64,000 bases of DNA, taken from Macrostomum lignano (lineage: Eukaryota). The stretch covers positions 1 through 64,000 of the forward strand of contig NIVC01000250.1 in the NCBI GenBank assembly GCA_002269645.1. The letters are read 5' to 3'. Made by a program: the position numbers and the translations under genes. Shown here piece by piece: positions 13,345 to 26,149 of the stretch (position 1 is its first letter; the number at the start of each line of letters is the position of its first letter). Under the pieces are notes generated by a model. It was given only the letters and a program-made list of their open reading frames with translations. It made no database searches and was not told where the DNA came from.

Positions 13345-14990
13345 AGCCTGAAGGTTGGAAGGCGGTTCACCTGAAGGTTCAGAGGTGGTTTACCTGAAGG
13401 TTGGTAGGCGGTTTACCTGAAGGTTGGGAGGCGGTTTACCTGAAGGTTGGTAGGCGGTTTACCTGAAGGTTGGGAGGCGGTTTACCTGAAGGTTGGTAGG
13501 CGGTTTACCTGAAGGTTGGGAGGCGGTTTACCTGAAGATTGGAAGGCGGTTTACCTGAAGATTGGAAGGCGGTTCACCTGAAGGTTCAGAGGCGGTTTAT
13601 CTGAAGATTGGGAGGCAGTTTACCGGAAGGTTGGGAGGCGGTTTGCCTGAAGATTGGGAGGCGGTTTACCTGAAGGTTGGGAGGCGGTTTACCTGAAGGT
13701 TGGGAGGCGGTTTACCTGAAGGTTGGTAGGCGGTTTACCTGAAGGTTGGGAGGCGGTTTACCTGAAGATTGGAAGGCGGTTTATCTGAAGATCGGAAGGC
13801 GGTTTACCTGAAGATTGGAAGGCGGTTTACCTGAAGATTGGAAGGCGGTTTACCTGAAGGTTGGGAGGCGGTTTACCTGAAGATTGGAAGGCGGTTTACC
13901 TGAAGATTGGAAGGCGGTTTACCTGAAGATTGGAAGGCGGTTTACCTGAAGATTGGAAGGCGGTTCACCTGAAGGTTCAGAGGCGGTTTACCTGAAGATT
14001 GGAAGGCGGTTTACCTGAATGTTGGGAGGCGGTTTGCCTGAAGGTTGGGAGGCGGTTTGCCTGAAGGTTGGGAGGCGGTTCACCTGAAGATTGGGAGGCG
14101 GTTTACCTGAAGATTGGAAGGCGGTTTACCTGAAGATTGGAAGGCGGTTTACCTGAAGATTGGAAGGCGGTTTACCTGAAGATTGGAAGGCGGTTTACCT
14201 GAAGATTGGAAGGCGGTTTACCTGAAGATTGGAAGGCGGTTCACCTGAAGGTTCAGAGGCGGTTTACCTGAAGATTGGAAGGCGGTTTACCTGAATGTTG
14301 GGAGGCGGTTTGCCTGAAGGTTGGGAGGCGGTTTGCCTGAAGGTTGGGAGGAGGTTCACCTGAAGGTTGGGAGGCGGTTCACCTGAAGGTTGGGAGGCGG
14401 TTTACCTGAAGGTTGGGAGGAGGTCCACCTGAAGGTTGGGAGGAGGTTCACCTGAAGGTTGGGAGGCGGTTCACCTGAAGGTTGGGAGGCGGTTCACCTG
14501 AAGGTTGGGAGGCGGTTCACCTGAAGGTTGGGAGGCGGTTTACCTGAAGGTTGGGAGGAGGTCCACCTGAAGGTTGGGAGGAGGTTCACCTGAAGGTTCA
14601 GAGGCAATTTACCTGAAGGTTGGGAGGCGGTTCACCTGAAGGTTCAGAGGCAATTTACCTGAAGGTTGGGTGGCGGTTCACCTGAAGGTTGGGAGGCGGT
14701 TCACCTGAAGGTTGGGAGGCGGTTCACCTGAAGGTTGGGAGGCGGTTTACCTGAAGGTTGGGAGGAGGTCCACCTGAAGGTTGGGAGGAGGTTCACCTGA
14801 AGGTTGGGAGGCGGTTCACCTGAAGGTTGGGAGGCGGTTTACCTGAAGGTTGGGAGGAGGTCCACCTGAAGGTTGGGAGGAGGTTCACCTGAAGGTTCAG
14901 AGGCAATTTACCTGAAGGTTGGGAGGCGGTTCACCTGAAGGTTGGGAGGCGGTTCACCTGAAGGTTGGGAGGCGGTTGACCTGAAGGCTG
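13345..14990. repeat. 23-bp minisatellite TGAAGGTTGGGAGGCGGTTTACC
   Basis: Direct reading. Confidence 0.96.
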
Positions 14991-15137
14991 GAGGGGGATT
15001 TAAAGCCTCACCTAAAGCCTTACAATGGAGGCAGAGCATATAAGCGTCGGGCTAAAGTCCTTAGTTCGATTCCAGGCCGCTGTACACCCCTAAGTAAGAG
15101 GAATGTGCACGGCCGCTTATCTCCTCTTACAACTCAC

Positions 15138-15413
15138 CCTTTAATCTCGCCGTAGATGGTGGGGTCCACCAGATACGAAGGCAGCAGGTGGAGCAGCACA
15201 AAGGCTGCGGCCAGCAGCGGCTGCCCGTGGATCAGCCAAAGCTCCAGGGCGCCAGGCGCGCTGGCCCAGTAGGCGCCAAGAAACGGGATGGCGCCAAAAA
15301 TGGCGGCAAGAACGCTTGGCGCGAACACCAGATTGACAGCGAAGACGGTGTGGGTCAGGCTGGTGTACAGGCCGTAGAAGCAGCTCATCTTCATGCTGGC
15401 CAGGAAGACTCCA
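15138..15413 (-). CDS. TMEM245: TMEM245 exon 11 (GVFLASMKMSCFYGLYTSLTH…VDPTIYGEIKG)
   Basis: cgcag|T acceptor and GG|gtgagt donor. Matches the GVF.AS.KM..FYGLYT.LTH and AI..PFLG.YWA motifs. Confidence 0.92.
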
Positions 15414-15444
15414 CTGCGGTGTGAGAGCAAAGTTGATTTCTTAC

Positions 15445-16130
15445 AGCACCAGTTTAAACTTACCTGAGAACCCTGGATAATAATGGTTACATAAGCACCA
15501 ATTTAAACCTGCCTGAGAACCCTGGATAATAATGGTTACCTAAGCATCAGTTTGAACCTACCTGAGAATTCTGGATAATAATGGTTACCTAAGCATCAGT
15601 TTGAACCTACCTGAGAACCCTGGATAATAATGGTTACCTAAGCACCAGTTTGAACCTACCTGAGAACCCTGTATAATAATGGTTACCTAAGCACCAGTTT
15701 AAACCTACCTGAGAACCCTGGATAAAGATGGATACCTAAGCACCAGTTTAAACCTACCTGAGAACCCCGGATAAAGATGGATACCTAAGCACCAGTTTAA
15801 ACCTACCTGAGAACCCTGGATAAAGATGGATACCTAAGCACCAGTTTAAACCTACCTGAGAACCCTGGATAAAGATGGTTACCTAAGCACCAGTTTAAAC
15901 CTACCTGAGAACCCTGGATAAAGATGGTTACCTAAGCACCAGTTTAAACCTACCTGAGAACCCTGGATAAAAATGGTTACCTAAGCACCAGTTTAAACCT
16001 ACCTGAGAACCCTGGATAAAGATGGTTACCTAAGCACCAGTTTAAACCTACCTGAGTACCCTGGATAAAGATGGTTACCTAAGCACCAGTTTAAACCTAC
16101 CTGAGAACCCTGAATAATAATGGTTACTAT
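15445..16130. repeat. 49-bp minisatellite GCACCAGTTTAAACCTACCTGAGAACCCTGGATAAAGATGGTTACCTAA
   Basis: Direct reading. Confidence 0.95.
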
Positions 16131-16759
16131 TAGTCATAACCCAATCAAGCAGAGAACAAACTATAAAGTACACACAGTACTTTCATACCCTGAAAAGTAG
16201 AAATAAAACATTGATACGTGAGAAAAAGAGAGGAACACAGGAGAGAGAGAGAGAGAAATGAGAATATTGAATAGGAAAAGCTTTGGGAGAATTTTCTCAG
16301 GATCTGAGGATGGGCGCTGTTGACGCAATTCTACCAGCACTCTGCCTTTTATAACAGAAATTCTAACTCTGTGCCTTGGGGTTTGGCCCTCATGGGGTGT
16401 GTGGATCGGACAGGCAGGCAGACACAAGCAGATATATTTGGAAACAAAGTCTATCAGAAAAATCTAACTAGTAAAAAGGCATTGATGATAACAAATGCGA
16501 TTATTTGCGCAATAGGCTCGCCCTAACTATACACTAACTCTATTGGTGAAGACGCAAAATGGTGCATAAATGTTATCGGCGCAATCATTTAGAGATAGAT
16601 TGGCCTAGCATTAATATATAGGCCAATTTGTTTTAAAGAAAGCTATTTTCTAGTTTAAGATATAAGGCTGATATTGCTTGAACGAAGCTGTCAAATGGAA
16701 CTGGCAATTCACCATTTTTTGGCAATAAATTATTTGCATAAAAAATAGAGACACAACAG

Positions 16760-17370
16760 AAATGGAAAAAGAGAGGAGAAAGAGGGGGAGAACGAGGGGG
16801 AGAAAGAGGGGGAGAAACGGGGAGAGAAAGAGGAGGAGAAAGACGGAGAGAAAGAGGGGGAGAAAGAGGGAGAGAAAGAGGGGGAGAAAGAGGGAGAGAA
16901 AGAGGGGGAGAAAAAAGGGGAAGAGGGGTAAAAAGAGGGGGAGAAAGAAGGAAAGAGGGGTAAGAAGAGGGGGAGAAAGAGGGAAAGAGGGGTAAGAAGA
17001 GGGGGAGAAAGAGGGGAAAAGGGGTAAGAAGAGGGGGAGAAAGAGGGGAAAAGGGGTAAGAAGAGGGGGAGAAAGAGGGGAAGAGGGGTAAGAAGAGGGG
17101 GAGAAAGAGGGGAAAAGGGGTAAGAAGAGGGGGAGAAAGAGGGGAAAAGGGGTAAGAAGAGGGGGAGAAAGAGGGGAAGAGGGGTAAGAAGAGGGGGAGA
17201 AAGAGGGGTAAGAAGAGGGGGAGAAAGAGGGGTAAGAAGAGGGGGAGAAAGAGGGGTAAGAAGAGGGGGAGAAAGAGGGGTAAGAAGAGGGGGAGAAAGA
17301 GGGGTAAGAAGAGGGGGAGAAAGAGGGGAAGAAGGGTAAAAAGAGGGGGAGAAAGAAGAAAAAGGAGGCA
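16760..17370. repeat. Purine-rich 24-bp repeat GGGGGAGAAAGAGGGGTAAGAAGA
   Basis: Direct reading. Confidence 0.93.
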
Positions 17371-17373
17371 AAC

Positions 17374-17516
17374 CTGGTCGCATCTTCCAACGCTGAGTAG
17401 AGCGCATTGAAAACGGAATTCGGCCGATTCGAACTCATGGACGAGATGAACTGCACAGGCAGATACATGTCGTTGCTGAAGCACAGCAGCAGGTACAGGG
17501 ATGTCAGAAACACCAG
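17374..17516 (-). CDS. TMEM245: TMEM245 exon 10 (LVFLTSLYLLLCFSNDMYLPV…)
   Basis: ctcag|CTG acceptor and AG|gtttg donor (phase 2). Matches the FLT.L.YLL..S…Y.PV motif. Confidence 0.88.
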
Positions 17517-17719
17517 CTGAGGGGGGGAGCGGATAACTTCGGGAGTGGCGAATCCATGCTTTATCTGTCTACTCTTCGAATTCGTCTCTTCTGTCTGACT
17601 CTCTTGTCCACCCCTGTCACTCTCCCATTTCTCCATACGCCCTCACTCTTCTCTGTCTGCCTGTCAATCTCCTCCGTCTACTACCCTTTCTCTGTGTACT
17701 TCTCACTCTCTAACTCTTT

Positions 17720-17995
17720 TCTGTCTACCTCTCACTCTCCTCTGTCTACCCCCTCCCTCTGTCTACTTCTTACTCTCTTCTATCTCTCTTTTCTGTCTAC
17801 CTCTCACTCTCCTCTGTCTACCTCTCACCCTCCTCTGTCTATCACTCACTCTCCTCTGTCTACCTCTCACTCTCCTCTGTCTACCTCTCACCCTCCTCTG
17901 TCTATCACTCACTCTCCTCTGTCTACCTCTCACTCTCCTCTGTCTACCTCTCACTCTCCTCTGTCTACCTCTCACTCTCCTCTGTTTCACTCTTC
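17720..17995. repeat. 21-bp repeat CTCTGTCTACCTCTCACTCTC
   Basis: Direct reading. Confidence 0.9.
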
Positions 17996-18034
17996 TCCTG
18001 TCTCGCAAACCCTATCCCACTGTCAATGACTCAC

Positions 18035-18157
18035 CGACTGCAGCAGAAAGTTGAGCACGGCGGTGCCCCCGCCAAACAGTATCGACAGAGCTGTGGTGAG
18101 CAGGGTGAGCAGCAGGCTGAGGTTGCCTTTAATCACAATCCATAATGATTCGAGTAC
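18035..18157 (-). CDS. TMEM245: TMEM245 exon 9 (VLESLWIVIKGNLSLLLTLLTTALSILFGGGTAVLNFLLQS)
   Basis: cgcag|GTA acceptor, TCG|gtgagt donor, 123 nt. Conserved ESLW...N…GTA.LNF motif. Confidence 0.9.
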
Positions 18158-18289
18158 CTGCGGGTTCACGGAGAAAACAGGACGTTCTCATGTTGCATAA
18201 ACATTGCTTTTAATAAATGCGGGCCACTTGCAACTGCTTTTCTAACTGGGTGTTTATCGGTAGGTCTGCACCTTTATCTTCTTTTCTAT

Positions 18290-19585
18290 CTTCTTGTCTA
18301 CCCCTCTTCTTCACCTAACTCCTTATCTCCCATTAGACCTTCCACTCTACCCACCTGCTTATCTCCCTCTCTACATACCTAAGCACCTCCCTCTCTACCT
18401 ACCTAAATATCTCTTTCCCTACCCACCTCCTCATCTCACTTTTTACCTACCCAAGTATCTCCCTCTCTGCCAACCTCCTTATTTCAATCTCCATACCTAT
18501 CTAAATATCTCTTTCCCTACCCACCTCCTCATCTCACTTTTTACCTACCCAAGTATCTCCCTCTCTGCCAACCTCCTTATTTCAATCTCCATACCTATCT
18601 AAATATCTCCCTCTCTACCTACCCAAGTATCTCCCTGTCTACCTACCTCCTTATCTCCCTCTCTACCTAACTAAACAAAATCCTCTCCACCTACTTAAAT
18701 ATCTCCCTCTCTACCTACCTAAGTATCTCCCTCTCTACCTACCTAAGTATCTCCCTCTCTACCTATCTAAGTATCTCCCTCTCTACCTACCCAAGTATCT
18801 CCCTCTCTACCTATTTAAGTATCTCCCTCTCTACCTACCTAAGTATCTCCCTCTCTACCTATTTAAGTATCTCCCTCTCTACCTACCTCCTTATCTCCCT
18901 CTCTACCTACCTAAACATAATCCTCTCCACCTACTTAAATATCTCCCTCTCTACCTACCCAAGTATCTCCCTCTCTACCTACCTAAGTATCTCCCTCTCT
19001 ACCTACCTAAGTATCTCCCTCTCTACCTACCTAAGTATCTCCCTCTCTACCTACCTAAGTATCTCCCTCTCTACCTATTTAAGTATCTCCCTCTCTACCT
19101 ACCTAAGTATCTCCCTCTCTACCTACCTAAGTATCTCCCTCTCTACCTACCTAAGTATCTCCCTCTCTACCTATTTAAGTATCTCCCTCTCTACCTACCT
19201 AAGTATCTCCCTCTCTACCTACCTAAGTATCTCCCTCTCTACCTACCTAAGTATCTCCCTCTCTACCTACCTCCTTATCTCCCTCTCTACCTACCTAAAC
19301 ATAATCCTCTCCACCTACTTAAATATCTCACTCTCTACCTACCCAAGTATCTCCCTCTCTACCTACCTAAGTATCTCCCTCTCTACCTACCTAAGTATCT
19401 CCCTCTCTACCTATTTAAGTATCTCCCTCTCTACCTACCTAAGTATCTCACTCTCTACCTACCCAAGTATCTCCCTCTCTACCTACCTAAGTATCTCCCT
19501 CTCTACCTACCTCCTTATCTCCCTCTCTACCTACCTAAACATAATCCTCTCCACCTACTTAAATATCTCACTCTCTACCTACCTC
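18290..19585. repeat. 24-bp minisatellite AAGTATCTCCCTCTCTACCTACCT
   Basis: Direct reading. Confidence 0.94.
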
Positions 19586-19644
19586 CTATACGAATCTATA
19601 TCCCGCATCTCATCTCCTCATTCTGCAAAGCCCGCACTACAAAC

Positions 19645-19953
19645 CGAAGTTAGTATTCCCAGATTCTCCTTGATGAAGCTCATCATCTTATTCGAGTCCA
19701 GCAGCGAGCCCCAGAGCTCCCATACGGCAGTGCCGCTGAACAACAGGACGGAGCTCTGCCGTGACAAGCCGGGCCGCTGGCTGCCAGGAGGATTGCCATC
19801 TGTTGAATCGTTGGCCTCGCCGACTCGCCGCCACACTGGCGACCAGGTGAAATTTTTGGCGGCCAATTTTTCGTACAGCCGATCCCACAGCTGCAGCACC
19901 TGCTCCTCGATCTTGGCTTTGTTGTAGTCGTTTGTCTCGAATACCATGTTGAT
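19645..19953 (-). CDS. TMEM245: TMEM245 exon 8 (…KIEEQVLQLWDRLY…)
   Basis: atcag|ATC acceptor, TCG|gtttgt donor, 309 nt. IE.QVL.LWDRLY is a TMEM245 signature. Confidence 0.9.
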
Positions 19954-20015
19954 CTGATAAGGTTTAGAATTAAATTAGCTTGGTTTGTACTGACTCGGGA
20001 ATAAACTAGAGTGCG

Positions 20016-22200
20016 GTGAGTGGTGGCTGGCGGAGAGGCTCAAGAATCGGAGTGGGGTGGCTGGTGGAGAGGCTCAAGAATCGGAGTGGGGTGGCTGGCG
20101 GAGAGGCTCAAGAATCGGAGTGGGGTGGCTGGCGAAGAGGCTCAAGAATCGGAGTGGGGTGGCTGGCGGAGAGGCTCAAGAATCGGAGTGGGGTGGCTGG
20201 CGGAGAGGCTCAAGAATCGGAGTGGGGTGGCTGGCGAAGAGGCTCAAGAATCGGAGTGGGGTGGCTGGCGGAGAGGCTCAAGAATCGGAGTGGGGTGGCT
20301 GGCGGAGAGGCTCAAGAATCGGAGTGGGGTGGCTGGTGACTGGCGGAGAGGCTCAAGAATCGGAGTGGGGTGGCTGGCGGAGAGGCTCAAGAATCGGAGT
20401 GGGGTGGCTGGCGGAGAGGCTCAAGAATCGGAGTGGGGTGGCTGGTGGAGAGGATCAAGAATCGGAGTGGGTGGCTGGCGGAGAGGCTCAAGAATCGGAG
20501 TGGGGTGGCTGGCGGAGACGCTCAAGAATCGGAGTGGGGTGGCTGGCGGAGAGGCTCAAGAATCGGAGTGGGGTGGCTGGCGGAGAGGCTCAAGAATCGG
20601 AGTGGGGTGGCTGGCGGAGAGGCTCAAGAATCGGAGTGGGGTGGCTGGCGGAGAGGCTCAAGAATCGGAGTGGGGTGGCTGGCGGAGAGGCTCAAGAATC
20701 GGAGTGGGGTGGCTGGCGGAGAGGCTCAAGAATCGGAGTGGGGTGGCTGGCGGAGAGGCTCAAGAATCGGAGTGGGGTGGCTGGCGAAGAGGCTCAAGAA
20801 TCGGAGTGGGGTGGCTGGCGGAGAGGCTCAAGAATCGGAGTGGGGTGGCTGGCGGAGAGGCTCAAGAATCGGAGTGGGGTGGCTGGCGGAGAGGCTCAAG
20901 AATCGGAGTGGGGTGGCTGGTGGAGAGGCTCAAGAATCGGAGTGGGGTGGCTGGCGGAGAGGCTCAAGAATCGGAGTGGGGTGGCTGGCGGAGAGGCTCA
21001 AGAATCGGAGTGGGGTGGCTGGCGGAGAGGCTCAAGAATCGGAGTGGGGTGGCTGGTGGAGAGGCTCAAGAATCGGAGTGGGGTGGCTGGCGGAGAGGCT
21101 CAAGAATCGGAGTGGGGTGGCTGGCGGAGAGGCTCAAGAATCGGAGTGGGGTGGCTGGCGGAGAGGCTCAAGAATCGGAGTGGGGTGGCTGGCGAAGAGG
21201 CTCAAGAATCGGAGTGGGGTGGCTGGCGGAGAGGCTCAAGAATCGGAGTGGGGTGGCTGGCGGAGAGGCTCAAGAATCGGAGTGGGGTGGCTGGCGAAGA
21301 GGCTCAAGAATCGGAGTGGGGTGGCTGGTGGAGAGGATCAAGAATCGGAGTGGGGTGGCTGGCGGAGAGGCTCAAGAATCGGAGTGGGGTGGCTGGCGGA
21401 GACGCTCAAGAATCGGAGTGGGGTGGCTGGCGGAGAGGCTCAAGAATCGGAGTGGGGTGGCTGGCGGAGAGGCTCAAGAATCGGAGTGGGGTGGCTGGTG
21501 GAGAGGCTCAAGAATCGGAGTGGGGTGGCTGGCGGAGAGGCTCAAGAATCGGAGTGGGGTGGCTGGCGGAGAGGCTCAAGAATCGGAGTGGGGTGGCTGG
21601 CGGAGAGGCTCAAGAATCGGAGTGGGGTGGCTGGCGGAGAGGCTCAAGAATCGGAGTGGGGTGGCTGGCGGAGAGGCTCAAGAATCGGAGTGGGGTGGCT
21701 GGCGGAGAGGCTCAAGAATCGGAGTGGGGTGGCTGGCGGAGAGGCTCAAGAATCGGAGTGGGGTGGCTGGCGAAGAGGCTCAAGAATCGGAGTGGGGTGG
21801 CTGGCGGAGAGGCTCAAGAATCGGAGTGGGGTGGCTGGCGGAGAGGCTCAAGAATCGGAGTGGGGTGGCTGGCGGAGAGGCTCAAGAATCGGAGTGGGGT
21901 GGCTGGTGGAGAGGCTCAAGAATCGGAGTGGGGTGGCTGGCGGAGAGGCTCAAGAATCGGAGTGGGGTGGCTGGCGGAGAGGCTCAAGAATCGGAGTGGG
22001 GTGGCTGGCGGAGAGGCTCAAGAATCGGAGTGGGGTGGCTGGTGGAGAGGCTCAAGAATCGGAGTGGGGTGGCTGGCGGAGAGGCTCAAGAATCGGAGTG
22101 GGGTGGCTGGCGGAGAGGCTCAAGAATCGGAGTGGGGTGGCTGGCGGAGAGGCTCAAGAATCGGAGTGGGGTGGCTGGCGGAGAGGCTCAAGAATCGGAG
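20016..22200. repeat. 34-bp G-rich minisatellite GGCTGGCGGAGAGGCTCAAGAATCGGAGTGGGGT (about 2.2 kb)
   Basis: Direct reading; produces stop-free frames with 34-aa periodicity. Confidence 0.97.
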
Positions 22201-22859
22201 ATTTTCAGCCAAACTAGAAAACTTGATGATAAAAATTAAGAAATCAAAGTACGTTTTGGTAAAAGTTTCCAATCTCGAGACAGGGTAATTGACAAGTAAG
22301 CTGCCTATGACGGCAGTTCACTCGTAAGCGTAAAAGTTAAAAGTTAAAGACAGAAAAAACTTTTAAACTGATTAGTCAGTTTAGCATGACATGACATGAA
22401 GGCTGAAGCGAATGTTGGCTCAGGGCACACAGAGACACAAGCGAAGAGTGGCGCACAGTTCCTGTGTGTGTGTGTGTGTGTGCTGGCAAACAGTGAGCAC
22501 AGTTCTCAAGCGAAGGAACTCAGTACACTTTTCCCAAACTGAGCACTGATCAATTGGTTTTTCCGTTCTTCCCTTTCTGTCATGCCTGTCATTTTTTATT
22601 TGCTTTTTACATACTGTCCCTGCATGTTTCTACAGATAGCACAATGGGAGCTGTGGCCCAAATCTCAAGATTCCTAACTGACATTGCTATGATCTTTTTA
22701 AATCTTCGTTATTAGATTAATTAGTGTTTGCAAAATAAATCTCATGGACTTCATGTCATGGATCTCATTTTTATTCCATTTTTTTCTATATTTTAAAGAA
22801 TCACCTTAAAAATTTCAAGGAGGACTATTTTCCGGATCTCTCTTAGACTTTTTAATTAG

Positions 22860-23145
22860 GGATTTCCTTACGGGATTCCCTCTCGAGATACCCCTACGGG
22901 ATTCCCTCTCGAGATACCCCTTCGGGATTCCCCATTGGGATTACCTTTCGGGATTCCCTTTCCGGATTCCCCTTCGAGATTGCCTTTTGGGATTCCTTTT
23001 CAGGATTCCCCTTCGGGATTCCCCTTCGGGATTTCCTTTCGGGATTCCCCTTCAGGATTCACCTTTGGGATTCCCTTTCGGGATTCCCCTTCGGGATTTC
23101 CCTACGGTATTTCCCCGGTATTTCGAGATTCCCCTACGGGATTTT
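22860..23145. repeat. 13-bp repeat TTCGGGATTCCCC
   Basis: Direct reading. Confidence 0.88.
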
Positions 23146-24029
23146 AATTCGGAATTTTTAGCAGCTACATATACTTGTAGTAAATAATAATAAGACACAG
23201 TTTTCTTATAAAACGATTACTCGCAATAAAGTAGCACTCTGAACTAGAAGTACAATAATCATTTAATTATTCAAATAAAAGCATAAGCAGCAAGAATAAA
23301 AATAGAAATAAAAATGTCTTATCGAGACAGACGCAGCGCAAAGATATAGTGTATCATTGTTATAAATATCTTATACTTTATATTACAATGATAAAGCTTG
23401 CGAACCAATTCACAGTATCCTGGCACATGCACAGCGGCATGCTGATAAGTGTGCCTAGTCAACCATGAAATCCAAGTTTAAAAAAAGATACACGATAGGA
23501 ATAAACCCGGAAAATTGCGTTAAAAGACACAAGCTCCTCAGAATTACGCATAGGTGAGATTATTACAAGAGAATATGAGTCCTTCTCGTATAATCAATCA
23601 ACACAGCTCTGGCATTAAATGGAGTTCTTGCATTAAATATTTTGTAAACAATATAAACAATTAAAAGTCAACATAAACAGGCAGATAGGAAGCTGTGTAT
23701 TAAGAAACTTAAACAAGTTAGAAATAAACTTATGCGTTGAAAAATAGTTGTTGCAAAAATTAGGAATTAGAAAAGTGAAACTTGTGTTCTTTTACGGACA
23801 AATAACATCTACTCAGGTAGGAAGCAAGTACACGGATTGAATTAATAAATAGGTTAGAAAAATAAAGTAAGCTGGAAGCCTTCTAGAGAACAATTTTTAC
23901 GAACGTCATCAAAACTGAAAGCGCCGTTGAAGTAATGAGGAACAGCGCACCAAAACTGGGTCTGTTTAGCCATGCAGGCGGGAGATTTTAGAGAGAGCGA
24001 CTACACGGGGTTGAGGGTACAGCTGGGGG

Positions 24030-24345
24030 TAGAGGGGGGTAGAGAGGGGAGATGAGAGGCAGGGAGAGATGAGAGGCAGGGGGAGATGAGAGGCAGGGGG
24101 AGATGAGAGGCAGGGGGAGATGAGAGGCAGGGGGGATGAGAGAGGCAGGGGGAGATGAGAGGCAGGGGGAGATGAGAGAGGCAGGGGGAGATGAGAGGCA
24201 GGGGAGATGAGAGGCAGGGGGAGATGAGAGGCAGGGGGAGATGAGAGGCAGGGGAGATGAGAGGCAGGGGGAGATAAGAGGCAGGGGGAGATGAGAGGCA
24301 GGAGATGAGAGGCAGGGGGAGATGAGAGGCAGGAGATAAGAGGCC
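24030..24345. repeat. 17-bp repeat GGGGGAGATGAGAGGCA directly after the IPMK stop codon
   Basis: Direct reading. Confidence 0.93.
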
Positions 24346-24348
24346 GGA

Positions 24349-24774
24349 TCAGCAGCCGAACTCCTCCGTGAGGCGGTCCCAGTAGGATATGAGGCTGTCC
24401 AGCCCAAACAGAAAGTTGGTGTCCAGACCGCCAACCTCGCCGCCGCAGCGGTGCTTGGCGTGGGCGAAGTCCACCATGCGGACCACCACCCGGCCGACAT
24501 CCGCAGATGTCGCCGCCCCGGCCTCCCCGCTGACGCCCTCGTAGCCGACCAGGATCGAGCTGGCGTAGAAGCGGTAGCTGGTCTGTCTGGCGAACCAGCA
24601 GCGCAGCTGGCGCAGCTGCCTGACGACCTCGGCGGCGACTCTGGCGGCTCGTCGGCGGCAACCGGCGCCCTCGATGAACGGCAGGAGGCCTTTGGTGTAC
24701 ACGCCCGACTCGTTGAGCAATCGGCCGTGCAAAACGCTGTAAAACTTCGCCTTGTCCCGACCGGGAAGGTGCAC
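24349..24774 (-). CDS. IPMK: IPMK last exon
   Basis: cgcag|GTG acceptor. Contains FYASSILVGYEG (SSLL motif) and VRMVDFAHA (IDF motif), then LDTNFLFGLDSL. Stop at 24351-24349. Confidence 0.88.
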   Translation of the reverse strand: MHLPGRDKAKFYSVLHGRLLNESGVYTKGLLPFIEGAGCRRRAARVAAEVVRQLRQLRCWFARQTSYRFYASSILVGYEGVSGEAGAATSADVGRVVVRMVDFAHAKHRCGGEVGGLDTNFLFGLDSLISYWDRLTEEFGC

Positions 24775-24929
24775 CTGCGAGTTGAATGGGATTCAGGTTA
24801 GAGCTGGCTGGCTTCCATGCGACCAAGCTTTTTTAGCTATTAGGTTTGTGTTTATGCAGATACTTCTGTGCGATACGAGCGTACCAGCTTTCATTCTCCA
24901 ATTTTGCTTACTGTCTTAGCTCACACTCA

Positions 24930-25490
24930 CAACTCCTCCCCTTCATCTCACACTCATTCCCTCCATCTCACACTCTCTTCCCTTTATCTCCCAGTCCTTT
25001 ACTTCTTCTCACACTCTCTTCCCTTCATCTCACACTCCTTGCCTCCATCTCACACTCCTTCCCTCCATCTTACACTCTCTTCTTTTCATCTAACACTCCC
25101 TTTATCTCAGACTCCCCTCCCTTCATCTCAAACTCCCTCCTTTATTTGAAGCTCCCTTCCCTTCATCTCACACTCCCTTCCCTTCATCTTACACTTCCTT
25201 CCCTTAATTTCACACTCTCCTCCCTTCATATCACACTTCCACCCTTCATCTCACATTCCATTTCCTCGATCTCAGATTCCCACCCTTCATCTCACACTCC
25301 ATTTCCTTCATCTCACACTTCATTTCCTCCCATCTCACACTCCCTTTCCTCTATCTCACACTCCATTTCCTCGATCTCAGACTCCCACCCTTCATCTCAC
25401 ACTCCCACCCTTCATCTCACACTCTCACCCTCCCATCTCACACTCCATTTCCTCCATCTCACACTACAATCCATTAATCTCAGTCCCTTC
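24930..25490. repeat. CT-rich degenerate repeat (CCCTTCATCTCACACT) filling the IPMK intron
   Basis: Direct reading. Confidence 0.85.
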
Positions 25491-25597
25491 GATTCGTCAC
25501 ACTCTTGTCCTTTCATCAATCGCACCGCCTTTCCCAGCTTAAAAGCCATCAGCCACACAGCTCTAAAACACAGCGAGGTGAGCTATTATGGTCTCAC

Positions 25598-26149
25598 CTT
25601 GAACCCGGTGACAATAAAGCCGACTTTGTCCCTATGCGCGTACATCGCCCTCTGCAGCAGGTGCTTGGACACCGACGCCCCTGGCGGGGTGCTTCTGGCG
25701 CCCATTTTGCAGTCCATGACGCACGGCCGCTTCAATTCGTACAGCACGTCCTCCAAGCCGAGGTAGAACTGGCCAGTGTCGTCAGCTCTGAACAGGCCGT
25801 TGTAGGCGGGCAGGAACTCGCGCAGACTGACGGAATCCTCAGCTGATTTGCAGCCAGCCAGGTGCTTCTCGCTGTACACAGCGGAGTAAAACTGCGCCTC
25901 TTGCGGCCCTTTCGGCGGCTGCTGGACAGGCTTGAAGAGCACGCCGCCTGAGCACACGATGCCGTGGCCGGAGACACACAGCAGGCCGTGACCTCCAACC
26001 TGATGACCATACTCTTGCAGCCCGAGTGGCAGCACCTGCAGCTGGTGCCGCAGGTCTTTGTCCGCCACAACGCTGATCTCGCCATCATCTTCAACAGCAG
26101 CTGCTGGCCACTGACCTCGAAGACCGCGCGAACGGCAGAGGCACAGCAG
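25598..26149 (-). CDS. IPMK: Inositol polyphosphate multikinase, first visible coding exon (5' boundary uncertain; no in-frame ATG)
   Basis: HQVGGHG…KPVQQPPKGPQEAQFY…LEDVLYELKRPCVMDCKMG carries the IP-kinase PxxxDxKxG motif and the IPMK HQV.GH / P.G..E..FY motifs. Donor AAG|gtgaga. Confidence 0.85.

Noticed and set aside
15026-15080. tRNA-like A/B boxes (TGGAGGCAGAGC…GTTCGATTCC); B-box-like GGTTCGAACCC also at about 2325
   Set aside because: No acceptor or anticodon stems can be formed. At most a decayed tRNA-derived SINE head, and no second copy is present in the window.
13345-16130. CRISPR-like appearance of the regular 23-49 bp repeats here and elsewhere
   Set aside because: Units are head-to-tail with no unique spacers, there are no cas genes, and the context is a spliced eukaryotic gene.
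16633-18602. Pro/Leu/Ser-rich and Arg/Gly-rich ORFs
   Set aside because: Translations of purine/pyrimidine repeats; only the embedded TMEM245 exons 9-10 are real.
20016-22288. Three overlapping 615-743 aa ORFs
   Set aside because: These are translations of a stop-free 34-bp tandem repeat (34-aa period in all frames), antisense within a TMEM245 intron.
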